Positions 52,480-64,000 of a DNA stretch of 64,000 nt are shown piece by piece. The stretch lies in assembly GCA_973895155.1 (NCBI GenBank), contig OZ316895.1, positions 4,715,181 through 4,779,180 on the forward strand, in the 5' to 3' direction. Position numbers and translations under genes: made by a program. The stretch comes from Marsupella aquatica (taxonomy: Eukaryota; Plantae; Marchantiophyta). Every line of letters starts with the position of its first letter. Within the stretch, counting starts at the first letter, position 1. The notes below the pieces were generated by a model. It had not been told where the DNA came from, did not search any database, and saw only the letters and a program-made list of their open reading frames with translations.

Positions 52480-53935
52480 TCATTTCTCGTTTCTCTTCCC
52501 CGTCACTCAGACGAAGATGAAGATTAGCTCTCTCTCTCTCTCTCTCTCTTTCTCCTCTTCTCGTCTCTTCTCGCTCAAATTCCAAAAGCTCAGAAGCTCC
52601 TTTCTCAGAACAGGGGAGAGGGAGAGAGAAGGGAGCGGCGCGGAGCGGAGCGGAGCGGAGGTGAGGGAAGAGGGAGTGTAGTGTAGTGGACACCGATGCG
52701 GCCACATTGATTTCTCCGGAGCTGCAAAATCCAAACAATCATCCGCAGTATCATCCGGGGATGTGGATAGCAGCAGCAGCGGCGGCTCGCTGAAGACCAC
52801 GCTCTGTCGGCGTGGTTTCGGTTCTTCTTTTGTGTTCGTGATCGATCAGTCGGAGACTCTGGAGAAATTGATTTGGTTGGGCCAGAACAGAGTTCGTGGA
52901 TTCGTAATTTCGTGATTTCGTGGCGTGCCGTTTCCGTCCGGAAAGGAGGGAGGCGGAGGAGGAGGCCCCGTTGGCTGCTGGCTGGCTTCAGACTCATTGA
53001 TTTCTCGTGGAGTGATGAATGAATGAATGAAACAATCCATAAAACGACGACGACGAAGACGGGAGTGATTGGCTAGCAGCGGAGCAACGCCAGGTGATCC
53101 GGCGTCCGGTCTGTGTGGAAATACTACTATCCACCCGGCTGCTTCACGTGTCTGCTGTGTCGATGTGCGTCGTCGCCGCTCCTCTCCTCGTTCCGTTCTA
53201 TTTCGTTTGGCCTCTCCGTCAGATCGATCGGCCCTCTCTTTGCTGTTGAGGTCCGAACATGGCGGGAAGGGTCCCTCGGTCGGTCGTTCAATAAAAGCTC
53301 AAGTCTTGGCCTGATCATCGAGGCCAAACGAAAACGAGACGGAACGAAACGAAACCAAAAACCCCCCAAAACAAAAAACAAAAAAGCTGCACCTTTCGCG
53401 TTGCGTTCATCTTGTAGGGGTTTGGTGCTTGACGTGGGTGGAGTGGGGGGATCTCCTCGCCAAGCAAATTCAAGCAAAGTATTGAAAGGGCGCGCGTCAG
53501 ATTGAATGCGGCGTGGAATTAGACAGGATTGTGCTTCCCCTCGGCGTCAAGTGCAGGACATCTCTCGTTTAGGGGTTCGCGTATGAGATAGGGGTCAATA
53601 GCTTCCGTCTTCTTCATTCGCTTCTTTCTAAATCTTGCTCGTCTTGGAGAGATTCGCTTTCCGGTTCTTGTTCCGCGTCGAGGATTTCAGCAGAGCAGAG
53701 CAGAGCAGAGCAGAGCAGAGCACCATGGGACATTGTTCCGGTGGCGGTGCCAGACAAGGAGCTGGTTTGGTTTTTTGGACGAGTTAGTGAGTAAGTGAGT
53801 GACCACAAACTATAAAGTGAGGATCTGGACGTGCGGAATGAACAGGTCGATGTGTGGAGCAGCTGATTAGGGAAGAAAGGAAGGAAGGCAGGGAAGAAAA
53901 AGGAAGTTGCAATCCTACAAGGACAATTTTTTTAC
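52480..53935 (+). promoter_or_regulatory. Probable promoter-proximal/5' leader region of CHUP1
   Basis: Abrupt switch from AT-rich repeats to CpG-rich unique sequence with a (CT)n tract (~52528-52548), (GCGGA)n and (GCAGA)n microsatellites, as is common in plant 5' leaders. The TSS was not determined. Confidence 0.4.
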
Positions 53936-56900
53936 ATGTTACGTGTGGGCCTTGCGGTCACTTGTTCCGCTGTAGCATTCACCGTCACCCAATTCATCAG
54001 CAAGCGGAATAACGGCGAAGCTGCTGCTCCAGGTGGTTGCTCATATCTACTCTTTCCGTGGACAGCTCTTTGCCCAATTTCACTCTCTAGAACTGAGCTT
54101 TTTCCTGGCAATTCTGTCGCTTGGTCGCGATGATGGTGCTTGATAGAGGGAACAATATATTTTGCTTCAGTCCAGTCCAACTCTGAAATTTCTGCACTTT
54201 TCCACTTCGCTGATATCTGCTGTTCTCATAGTCCTTTCGGTAAGGTCTGCTGTATTCACTAGTATGATCTTACCCTCTCTCCCTGCTTCACCTCATCAGC
54301 ATGTTTTGGAGTAGTTCTTTTTCGCTCCTCGTGAAGCTCCTCTCGTATCTACCTAACCCGTTTGCAATCTCGGGTAGTTGTGACGACTATTTGGTGATCG
54401 TAACAATTCGCGTGAGAGTAATGATTGCCTTGACGGTAGGAGAAATTTGATGGAACATCATTCTGTACCGGAATTGGCGACAGCAAATATGCATCGTGGA
54501 TGGCTATTTTAGTTTTTGATGGGGACAGTCCTCACGTTTAAGCCTCGAAGAAGGTGAAAGTTCTAATCGGTGGCTGGCTGTCGTTGTCGGTGGAGTTCAG
54601 ATTTAGAAGGGAGGAAAGGTTCCGGCGACGACGTCAAAGATGGGGATGACTTTCGAAACTACATTACTACTGATACAGCACCGCCGAAAGAAGAGGTCAG
54701 TCCTCTGCAAAGAACTCCGTGGCTAGCATGATGCACGAGATTTGAATGTCCGTTTGGGTTTTGTAGAACCTCCTGGCTAGATGTAATTGTCACCGACTTT
54801 TCATGCCACTGTCTAGGGGGCGAATGGCCAGGTATACGTCATGACTTCAAATTCTTTTTTACATTTTCTTGGTCCCACTTCTCTCCTGTCCTCTACTCTC
54901 CTCTCCTCTCCTCCACCCGCTCTCTACCGTTAATTCGCGTTGGCTGAACGGTGTGGACGAGGAGGAGCATGTTTAGAGCAGTTGAGGGTAGTAGTCGTGA
55001 CGTTTTCACACTTCACTGAGATGGCTGTCTGGTATCATTCTGACCGTGGGGCTTTGCGACGAGCAGGAGGAAGAAGTGAAGAGGGTCAATACCCCTGTGA
55101 GCCCAGCAGCGAGCGTCGCTTCACTCGGGTCGCTCGCTTCCTTCGCCAGCGAGCAGAATGCCGATCAGCTGCTGCTTCCAGAATTCGGGGATCTGCTGTC
55201 CTTGGAAGCCAATTCGGAATCCGGTGGTGGTGGGTATGGAGGGAAGTCTCGGGATGGGAAGAGGTACCGCAAAGTTTTGGGGCCTCTCACCAGACAGGTT
55301 GCAGCGGACCGCAATCAAATGTCCGATGACGACGAGCCGTTCATTGAAGTCCCCGAAGAGTTTCTCCTAGAGGACGAAGCTGGGCGCAGAGAATTTGACT
55401 ACGATTTCAAGGAGTATGTCGACACCCTGGCGAGCGATGTGGAGGAGCTGGGACACCTGAGACTAGCTGTGAAGGAGTTGAGAGAGAAGGAGGAGAGGAT
55501 GGAGGGTGAGCTCTTGGAATACTACGGGCTGAAGGAGCGAGAGAATGACATCATCCTCATGGAGCAAGATCTGAAGAGAAAGGCAAGCGAAATCCAAGTG
55601 CTGACCGCCAGGCTGACTGCTATGGAAGGTCGAGAGAAGAAGACCCAATCCGAGCGCAACGCTGAGCTTAACAACGTGGAGACGCTCAAGAAGGATTTGA
55701 ATGAAGCTCGGGCCAAAATTCGGGACCTGCAAAAGCAACTGCATAGTGAATCCGGTCAGGCAAAGGCTGAGCTCATGATGCTAAAGCAGACGCTGAAGGA
55801 GCTGCAGCAGAGGGAGAAGGAGAGGGACCAGAAGGAACAGAAGGAACAGAAAGAGGTGAAGAAGGATGTCAAGAAGGATATGGAGATTGAGAAGAAATTG
55901 CAACTATTGAAGGAGTTGGAAGTGGAGGTTGTGGAACTCCGTCGTACTAACAAGGAGTTGCAGCACCAGAAGCGAGAACTCATTGTCAAGCTCGGTGCAG
56001 CTGAAAATCAGATTGCCCAGTTGAGCAAAATCACTCAGGTTGGCTTCTATCTTCGCACGCGTTTGAGGCACTCGACAGCTTAGTTTCTTGACATAGCTAA
56101 ACTGAAAATTTAGATGGCTGATGTGAGCAAATCATCGACGTTGGTTTCGTCGCAACTTAGCTTCACTGTAACGTAATGCGGTGATTGAGCATCTGATTGC
56201 CTAGTTGAGAATAGTCACCGAGTTCCGTCTCTCGTCACTACTAGCTTCGTGTCTGCGTAGACATTGCTAGATTCTATTCAGCCTTTATGGACGGATTTGG
56301 AAGGTGATGGGCCAAAATTGACTAACTTCGCGGTTTGCTGGTGTGGACTTCAGGCTGATTTGGTGGTGAGGGCGGAAGCCGATTCTGCTGCGTTAAGACA
56401 TGCGAATGAGGACCTCTGCAGGCAAGTGGAAGGATTGCAGTCAAGCCGTTTCAGTGAGGTGGAAGAGCTGGTCTACCTCCGGTGGGTGAATGCTTGCTTA
56501 CGGTACGAGCTTCGGAACCAAAAGGCTCACGAGCCGGGGAAAATCGGTGCTCTTGATCTCAACAAGGATCTCAGTCCCAGATCGCAAGCCAGAGCCAAGC
56601 AGCTTATGCTCGAGTACGCCGGCCCTGAAGTGAAGGGTGCTGCTGGGGAAGAGGACGGATACGAGAGTTCAACATCAGAGCCTACATCTGAGATGAGTGA
56701 TACGCACGAGCTGAGTGCGATGCAGGACTTGGGATCCACTTCCGGACGGCTCAGTGGAAGGAAGAGTGGGTTGATTGGGAAGCTGAGGAAGTGGAGTCAT
56801 AAGAGAGGCGACTCGGAGACATTTGATGGAGGAAGTCCTAATTCCAGTGGGAGAAGCAGCCCTGCCCATCCAAGCTACCGTGGTGGTCCAGCCGTACCCA

Positions 56901-59290
56901 AAGGACCGCTGGAGTCTCTCATGGTGCGCAACTCCTCTGATGGTGCTCATGAAATCACAACTTTTGGAGCAAAGAATGACTCTTCCGCGTCCGAATCACC
57001 AAATTCGCCAAATTCTCCTCTCAGGCCTGTTAGAACTAAGACAAAGACCGATAACATGGGAGTGGCCGCTTCGTTCTCCCTCATGGCAAAGACTGCAGGT
57101 GCCATTGATGAGAAGTACCCGGCATTCAAAGATAGGCACAAAGCCGCTGTTGCACGAGAGAAAATGCTCAAAAAGAGAGTGGACGAGAAGGTGGAGGAGA
57201 TGCAAGAGAAAAAGCGGATCGAGCGTGAGGCAGCGAAGTTAACACCAGCTGAAATTCAGAAGAGGGATGTGAGAGTACCCAATCCTCCCCCTAAGCCATC
57301 TCTCGGGAAACCTCCAACAATTCCTACAACCATTCCCAAACCCCTAGGGGGTGGACCCCCTCCACCTCCCCCTCCTCCTAGAGCACCTGGCGCTCCTGGA
57401 CCTCCTCCTCCTCCACCCCCTCCAGGATCCAAACTGCCGGGCGGCATTACTAATAAGGATGGGATGCAGAGAGCCCCTGAAGTTGTCGAATTCTATCAAT
57501 CTCTCATGAAGCGTGATGCAAAGAAAGACATGTCTGCTAGCGGTGGGAACTCGGCTGAAGCTCGTAACAACATGGTTGGGGAACTGGAGAATCGCTCTGC
57601 ACATTTGTTAGCTGTGAGCGTCATTTCCCCTTCCATGATATCTGTCGCCATGCTCTGCCCGAACGACTCCAGTGATTGCTTTTCTTTTTACAGGCCCTTC
57701 CGTAAATGTTAGTTTCATTTTGTCTTGTGTTGAAATTTGCAAATCTTCTTCACTCTGTTGGATTGACAATTATGCTTTCGCGCTTGATCGGTACAGATCA
57801 AAGCAGATGTGGAGACACAGGCCGACTTTGTAAAATCACTGGCTGCTGAAGTGCGTGGAGCTCAATACAGGGAAATTGAAGACGTTGTTTCGTTTGTTAC
57901 CTGGCTGGACGAGGAGCTCTCGTTCCTGGTATGGGTTGCATGTGATCCTCACTAGTATTTCATCGGGTTTGGTTGTCTTGCAGGATGTTGCGCGTTATGT
58001 TGTGGCTTTTGCATCTGCAGTGAGTGATACTAGTTTACCGTGGTTCTCTAGGACTTGTAGATCTGGTTCTTGTTACTTAAAAAATATTTTTCTGGCGTTG
58101 CAGGTGGATGAGCGAGCTGTTTTGAAACATTTTGACTGGCCGGAACGCAAGGCTGACGGTTTGCGGGAAGCGGCATTTGAATATCAAGATCTAAAGAAGT
58201 TGTGCGATGAGATCACGACTTATGAAGACGACCTTCGAATACCAGCTGATTCGTCTCTGAAGAAGATGCTTGCTCAATTGGAGAAGTATGTATTTCGTTT
58301 GCTTTAGATGAGTTCAGTTTCGATGCAAATCCCCAAATTCACACGCCGTTTGGAAATTGTTTTGAAAGGATGGGCTTCAATTCTTAGGAATGACTCTAGG
58401 TCGTGGCTGGAAGTTTGTGCTCAGCACTACACTACAAATGTCCTATTATTCTCTATCACTTCTGGTCCAAGCTAATCCAGTGATTTGGAAGTGCTTTATG
58501 AATTTCCTGAAAGAATGACCGTCATGTGGTCCTTACGTTTTGGCAAATATTCTGTTCACAGGGTGGAGCAAAGTGTGTTTGCTCTATTAAGAACAAGAGA
58601 TATGGCCATAGCACGTTACAAGGAATTCAGCATACCTACTCAGTGGATGAATGATAATGGTTTGATTGGCAAGGTATGCTTTCCGTTAAATAGTCAAATC
58701 AGCGTCGTTAGACTTTTGCAACAGTACTTTTAGGTTTGATGTTAGTGTCTTTAAATAGCTTGAGTTTGAAATATATTGGTATAAATCTCTATAGGAGCAC
58801 TTCAATGAGCCTCGCACCCCTGTTCTATCTGCAGATCAAGGTTGCATCGGTCAGATTGGCGAAGATATACATGAAAAGAGTATCCATTGAGCTGGATACC
58901 TTGGGAAATAACACGGAGAAAGAGCCCGTCAGAGAATTTTTCCTCCTTCAAGGTGTTCGATTTGCATTCCGAGTTCACCAGGTAAGCAGAGGTTTTGTTT
59001 AACCTTCTTTGGCCTTATGCAGGTGTATCTAGTTGTACTTTCGGTGAATATTTTTCAAACTGTAAACTTAGATGCGAAGTGGGAACTGTTAACTTCCATT
59101 TTGTCAGTACTTCGGGTTAAGGTGAAAGATATTGCTCATTAACATTTTAATCTTGTTCTGGCAGTTTGCCGGGGGCTTTGATCCTGAAAGTATGAGAGCA
59201 TTTGAAGATCTACGAAATCGGGCTCACAAGAGGGAAAGTCCAAAGGAAAGTCCTGTGAAAGAGGCTCCAATGGTGGAGGAGAGCACCTAG
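53936..59290 (+). CDS. CHUP1: CHLOROPLAST UNUSUAL POSITIONING 1 (chloroplast outer-envelope actin nucleation/anchoring protein), 9 coding exons, ~1040 aa
   Basis: Exons built with GT-AG introns and consistent phase: 53936-54032, 54601-54695, 55067-56038, 56354-57613, 57797-57928, 58104-58285, 58562-58673, 58835-58981, 59165-59290 (3123 nt, ends TAG). Recognised parts: hydrophobic N-terminal anchor MLRVGLAVTCSAVAFTV, coiled coil (EGELLEYYGLKE), RFSEVEELVYLRWVNACLRYELRN, poly-Pro region, and the conserved C-terminus (RAPEVVEFYQSLMKR, IKADVETQ, WLDEELSFLVDERAVLKHFDWPE, LLQGVRFAFRVHQFAGGFD). Exon 2 is the least certain. Confidence 0.92.
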
Positions 59291-62200
59291 AATCTGCAGA
59301 CTCCTCTATGGGTTTTACTTATTTTAAAGAGTCTATCCCCTTTGTTGATGGTATGGGCTCGCTCGCTACAGTTTTGTAAAGCTATTGAGATTGAGATTTT
59401 TAGTTTCTGAAGAGACCCCTTCGGGAGCAGTCCCCGCCAACCAGGGACTCCTAACACTGAATTCAGATTCTCAGCTGATTTTTGCTGAAGAAAAATCAGA
59501 GCGGCACATATCCTTGCTACCAGCAGGAACCTGACACAACTTCTTTTGACACACTGCAGTCAAAAGAAGTTGTGTCAAAAAAAAGTCAGTGATGGGACGG
59601 GTTGATGACAAAGATGGTACTCCAATGCACCTTGATGGTTCTCTCAGAGCTGTATGTATGATACCATATATATTCTTAAATGCCCAGTGCACAATGCTGG
59701 GAGGTTATTACCTCTGGACTCGAAATGTTTATTTCAGGATTTAACTATGAACGACCTTCTGTACAATAAATGATTGATCTTATTTCTCTGAATTATTTCC
59801 CGACAGTTTGTTGGGCACTCCACTGAAATTTCCAACATCGTACGACCTTCAGAGGTGGTTGTCCCAGGTAGCAACTGGACTTAGTTTATAGACTCTGGCT
59901 TCGCCAGGCTTGAATATGGACAAGGTTATGTTAAATGATTCGGTTGAATGATCGATAGCGTTTTATGATCAATTCTTACGTCTACTTGAAAGAGCATTTC
60001 AATGCCACAATTGATCAAGTCTCCACCTTCGATTGATAATTCAAAACTCTACTACGGCTGCATTCAATATCTGAATGAATCAGGAAGACGTCTGTACACA
60101 TCAGATTGATATGAAGCTTTATCCAAGGCAAAAGTCTCCTTGAGATCTAGTGGAGATAGGTTTGAATGATGTTGCACATGGAAATCAGTGCTCTTAGAGA
60201 TCGAGTCGACCCGTTTAACTGATTTGGCTGGCTGGTTAGATTAATGTCTACAGTAGGCTCCAAAACCCTGAATCCCACACCTCTTCAACATGGAGGTGTC
60301 AGTACATGTCAGTGATCTCAATCGTGGTGACCACTGAATTGGAATGTTGGGCTTCAGATGCCGATCGTGGAATGACGGTCATTAGTGCAGACAGACATGC
60401 AGTGGTTTCGGATTCTCCACCGAGAGACCTCAGAACTTCCAACAAAGCATGTCAATCCAGACTGGCGTGAAGAGCTACAGTACCTGATTGACGAGAGCAT
60501 GGCCTCTGGTGGATCTTCCAGTGACAGGTTACTCTTGCACCGAACAGCTATGATCGTACTCATTCGAGAAATCCATTTTTTACTCCCCTCCCCAAACTGG
60601 CTGAATTAATACTGTAGTCTGCCCCCAAAAGAAATTTAATTATCAGGTACAACAGTGCTCATATGGTGATATGGTCATGACAATCCATCAACTTTTTAAA
60701 AGATGTCATTTTGTCTTGACTATTGTGTTAGGCATGTGGTAGTGAGTAGGGCTTTAGTCCTTTTGAGGTGGTTGGGGACTTTGGGGCTTTTTGACACTTT
60801 GGTACTAATGAGGTTTTCCCTTATTTCTCCCCTTTCTTGGGTTGCTTGTCTTTTAGATCCTGTGCCCTGGGTTCTTTTACAATCCGATATATGCTAAGGG
60901 TGGTTGTCCATGTATCGCCCCTCCATGTAGATGTCTTCTTTTGTCAGGGGTGCCTCAACTTTCCATGTAATTGTCTCTTTTGAGTAAAACTCACTTAACC
61001 TGACTTTCAAAAATACTTGGTGTAGGCCCAACCTATGGTGCTGATGATCTGTAGTTTGTGACCCTGGTTTAATACTCTCTCCCTTATGTCAGGGGCGCTG
61101 GATAATCCCCTGATGTGCTATCTTATACTCTTGCATATTTGACGAATGGTCAACTGTGATGGATCAATGACTGCCCTCTTGGTTCCAAGGCAAAAAGAAC
61201 CTCAGCCTGCTCCTTTTTCCGTGCTCTTCAATATAATTTTTGATTGATATGCACTCAAATTAAGGTGACATGAGAATGGAATAACTCATGTTGTTTCAAC
61301 ATAAGTTCCTCTCAAGCCAAAATAAAGAGATGAGATTGAAGTGTCCTGGATTTTCGTATGTGCTATAGATCAAAACGTTTTTCAAGGCAAAACAATGAAA
61401 TGCCTTGCCAGGGCAAAAAACATGTCCTTGTAAGTTTCCACTTTCCCACGTTCTCTGCATTTATTGCACCATTCGCAGATCTCTAAACAAAATGGAAACC
61501 AAATATTTTGTTGCTTAGATAAATTATTTTGAAAATTATGAAGAGTTTTCCCCTGCTGGAGACTGCTCCCTGTAGCTGTGACTTGTTATCTCAGTTGGGT
61601 TTCCTTTCCCCCTTGTTGAAATCTAGCTAACAATTTGCTATCGAAAGCTGAATTTTGGTGTCTATGGTCTAGAGTGAAGCCGACCATGACTCGGGTGGTG
61701 GCAAGTTTTGGAGTGAGGCAACAGGTGGAAATGCAGGGCAACCATGGATGCTGCCACTTGCTCTCTCCGTTGGGTTTCCCTTCCCCTTTGCTAAAATAAT
61801 AATAATAGTTTTCAGAACTGATTAGTTTCTATGCAAACCTGGTTGTCACAATGGGAAATTGGCTCACCTGGCTCATGAGAAACTCCAAGGCCATGCCCTC
61901 TGTTTGGTTTTCAAATCTGGGAAGGAGGTCAGGTGTGACTCCATTCTTGCCCTGGGACCCACATGTTGTCATAGTTTTATAGCACCCTTAGACAAGCCAT
62001 TTGGCCTTCCTAGATTATGGAGTACCATTAAATCTGGTGATTAATTTCCATTGCCAGTAACGTTTGGGTGAATTTAGTCATAAATTGTTCTGTTATTTTC
62101 ATTTGTTTCTTGTCAAGATGCTCCCATAGACCATAACATCCCACATGGACCACCATTCTTCCCAAATTGTTGCTGATATGGACCAGAGTGTTTGTGACCT

Positions 62201-62537
62201 TGGGACTCAAATGGACCAAATAACTTTGACTCCCGAACGAGTACGTAAGTGAAAACCCTGGATAAATGCAAGGAGCCAATTTCTTACCATCGTGCAAACA
62301 GGTAATATGTTTTTGATAAATACCAACTTTATAAGTGCAAAATCTTGAGAAGTGTACATGAACTGTTATTGGTAAGGATGCAATTCCATCCCATTGCACT
62401 TACTGATAAGTGCATGGAAATATCTAGTAGAAATTGCACTTAATTATTGGGTAGTGGACCCAGTTGAGGGTGGAAGTCACAAGACTCTTCAGTGATGGAG
62501 TATAATTGCAGATATAACAAAGAGATGTTAACAGCTT

Positions 62538-62804
62538 TTTTTTAGATTTTAGTGTTTTGCCAGAGTGGGGAATGTCCAGTGTGTGAAGGAGAAGATGCTC
62601 AAAATATTCCTTGTCTGATTATTTTCTGACCGTCAGATCTCCCTAGATTTGAGGATGACCGTTAGATTCTGGCTAGTAGGGTTGTGATTAGGTGGGACGC
62701 TAGCTAGTGAGACAGAAACATACTAGCTAATTTTCACCAAAAATGGCAAAAGCTTTTTGGGGAGGTGAAATTTGGCAAATTTTCATCACTTAAAAAAACA
62801 CTGG
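62538..62804. repeat. Dispersed MITE-like repeat, copy 2
   Basis: Direct-orientation homolog of 45990-46230 with a ~30-bp internal insertion. Confidence 0.75.
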
Positions 62805-64000
62805 ATGTAAACCATATACTCTTATTGACTTAATTAAGGCATCTCAAAGTTGACAAGTTGATGTACCTTAACTCCCTAGTTAGGGGTTATGTACTATAGA
62901 ATTCATAGTCGATAAATTTTTGCCATAAGGATTGGGCTATGTCATAATCATTAGTCAGTGTAGAGGTTAGGGAAAGTAAAAATAAAACTTATATAGTATG
63001 AAAAATTATGACCTATTCTTTATGACCAAATGTCATCATGTCTAATTTCCAAGCTTTGAGACTTCCTAGGGCACGATTTGATATTTGTCCCTTATCACCT
63101 AACCCACCTTTAAGTGCACACGAGGCTCTTCTTCCCAAGAATGTGCACTTCGAGAAAAACTACTCTAACAATTTGGTGGAAATCCGCCCAAAAGCAAAGG
63201 GATCATGAGCTGACCGGGATATTAAAAGTCAATAAAAGAAGGAGTACGTGGCCCCGGAGAAAAAACAGGGGCTCGCATGGAACCGCGTCCGAGAATCGCC
63301 CGTACTCCCCGTTGGATCTTGCCCCGTACAACGGAAAGATACTCTAGGTTTGACCGAGAACTGTCATCCGGGGCGTTATTTAACAATCTTGGCAGGGTGA
63401 TTCCGTTATTTTACTACGGGACCTACTCCGTAGGATCTCCACGGTCAATGTTCGTCCGCCGTCGATATCGTGGTCCCCAGGCTGACCAATCCAATTCGAG
63501 CACGATGCACGTGCGCGCGAGAAAGGTGTGCTCTCGCTCTCGCGCCGAAATTGATTCGCTTGCCCTGGTGTTAGGGTGCTCGCGTACTGCCGTCTGGTTC
63601 GGAACTAGACCTCAGCCCACTCCTGTGCTGCTTTTAGTAAGTACCTGGTTTGGTTTCCCGGCTCGAGATTCTTGGGTGCCTATAATAATTATGGAGTACG
63701 ATTTCGCCCCTGTTTTCATTCCCAACACGTATTTTTGCAAAAGGGGAGCGTTGCAGTGCAACGTAAAGACCGTTGTTATTTTACTTTTTGTATTTTTGAG
63801 TGCATTAGTTTACCACAATGCCCTCAATGTCTAACCAGGACATTATCCTATTCGTAAATAGCCCTGCCACTGGGAAGCTCCCATACATCCTGGTTTATTG
63901 GGTGAATATAGCTGGGCCACAGGGGCAACATTCTGCCCATTCACACTCATGAGAAAAGCTGGAGCATTCAGTGCACTTGCTGGAGCAATTATAGAGACAT

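Noticed and set aside
56264-59002. ORF-track starts and ends at 56264, 57855, 58485 and 58736 as separate genes
   Set aside because: They are CHUP1 exons plus intronic read-through, and splice sites join them in one frame.
59532-59584. Perfect hairpin plus homopolymer as a Rho-independent terminator
   Set aside because: The context is eukaryotic, and neither strand has a U tract 3' of the stem. The hairpin is kept as a finding instead.
63277-63834. 185-aa ORF near the right edge
   Set aside because: No recognisable domain or supported splice structure. It may be the CpG-rich promoter or leader of a gene beyond the window.

Overview
Eukaryotic nuclear DNA from a land plant, most likely a bryophyte or complex thalloid liverwort (an inference from the genes and an organellar tRNA relic). 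Two intact protein-coding genes are supported, both on the + strand. One is an intronless DELLA-subfamily GRAS regulator (ATG 28550 to stop 30526) that lacks a canonical DELLA/VHYNP N-terminus. The other is a 9-exon CHUP1 gene (53936-59290, about 1040 aa). The rest is mostly transposon-derived: a Ty1/Copia element with both LTRs, PBS and PPT but no gag or protease (19255-23558, -), a ~2 kb inverted-repeat structure containing an insertion with a perfect 40-bp duplication, a GC-rich foldback element with TIRs and a 4-bp TSD, dispersed ~1 kb repeats, several minisatellites, and a degenerate organellar-type tRNA-Leu(UAG). The most interesting unexplained signals are a cluster of tiny uORFs just upstream of the DELLA-like start codon, a run of hairpins (one a perfect 19-bp stem) in the CHUP1 3' region, and a miRNA-like hairpin at ~35.95 kb. 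All alignments and counts were made by eye. No database search was run, so novelty is untested.
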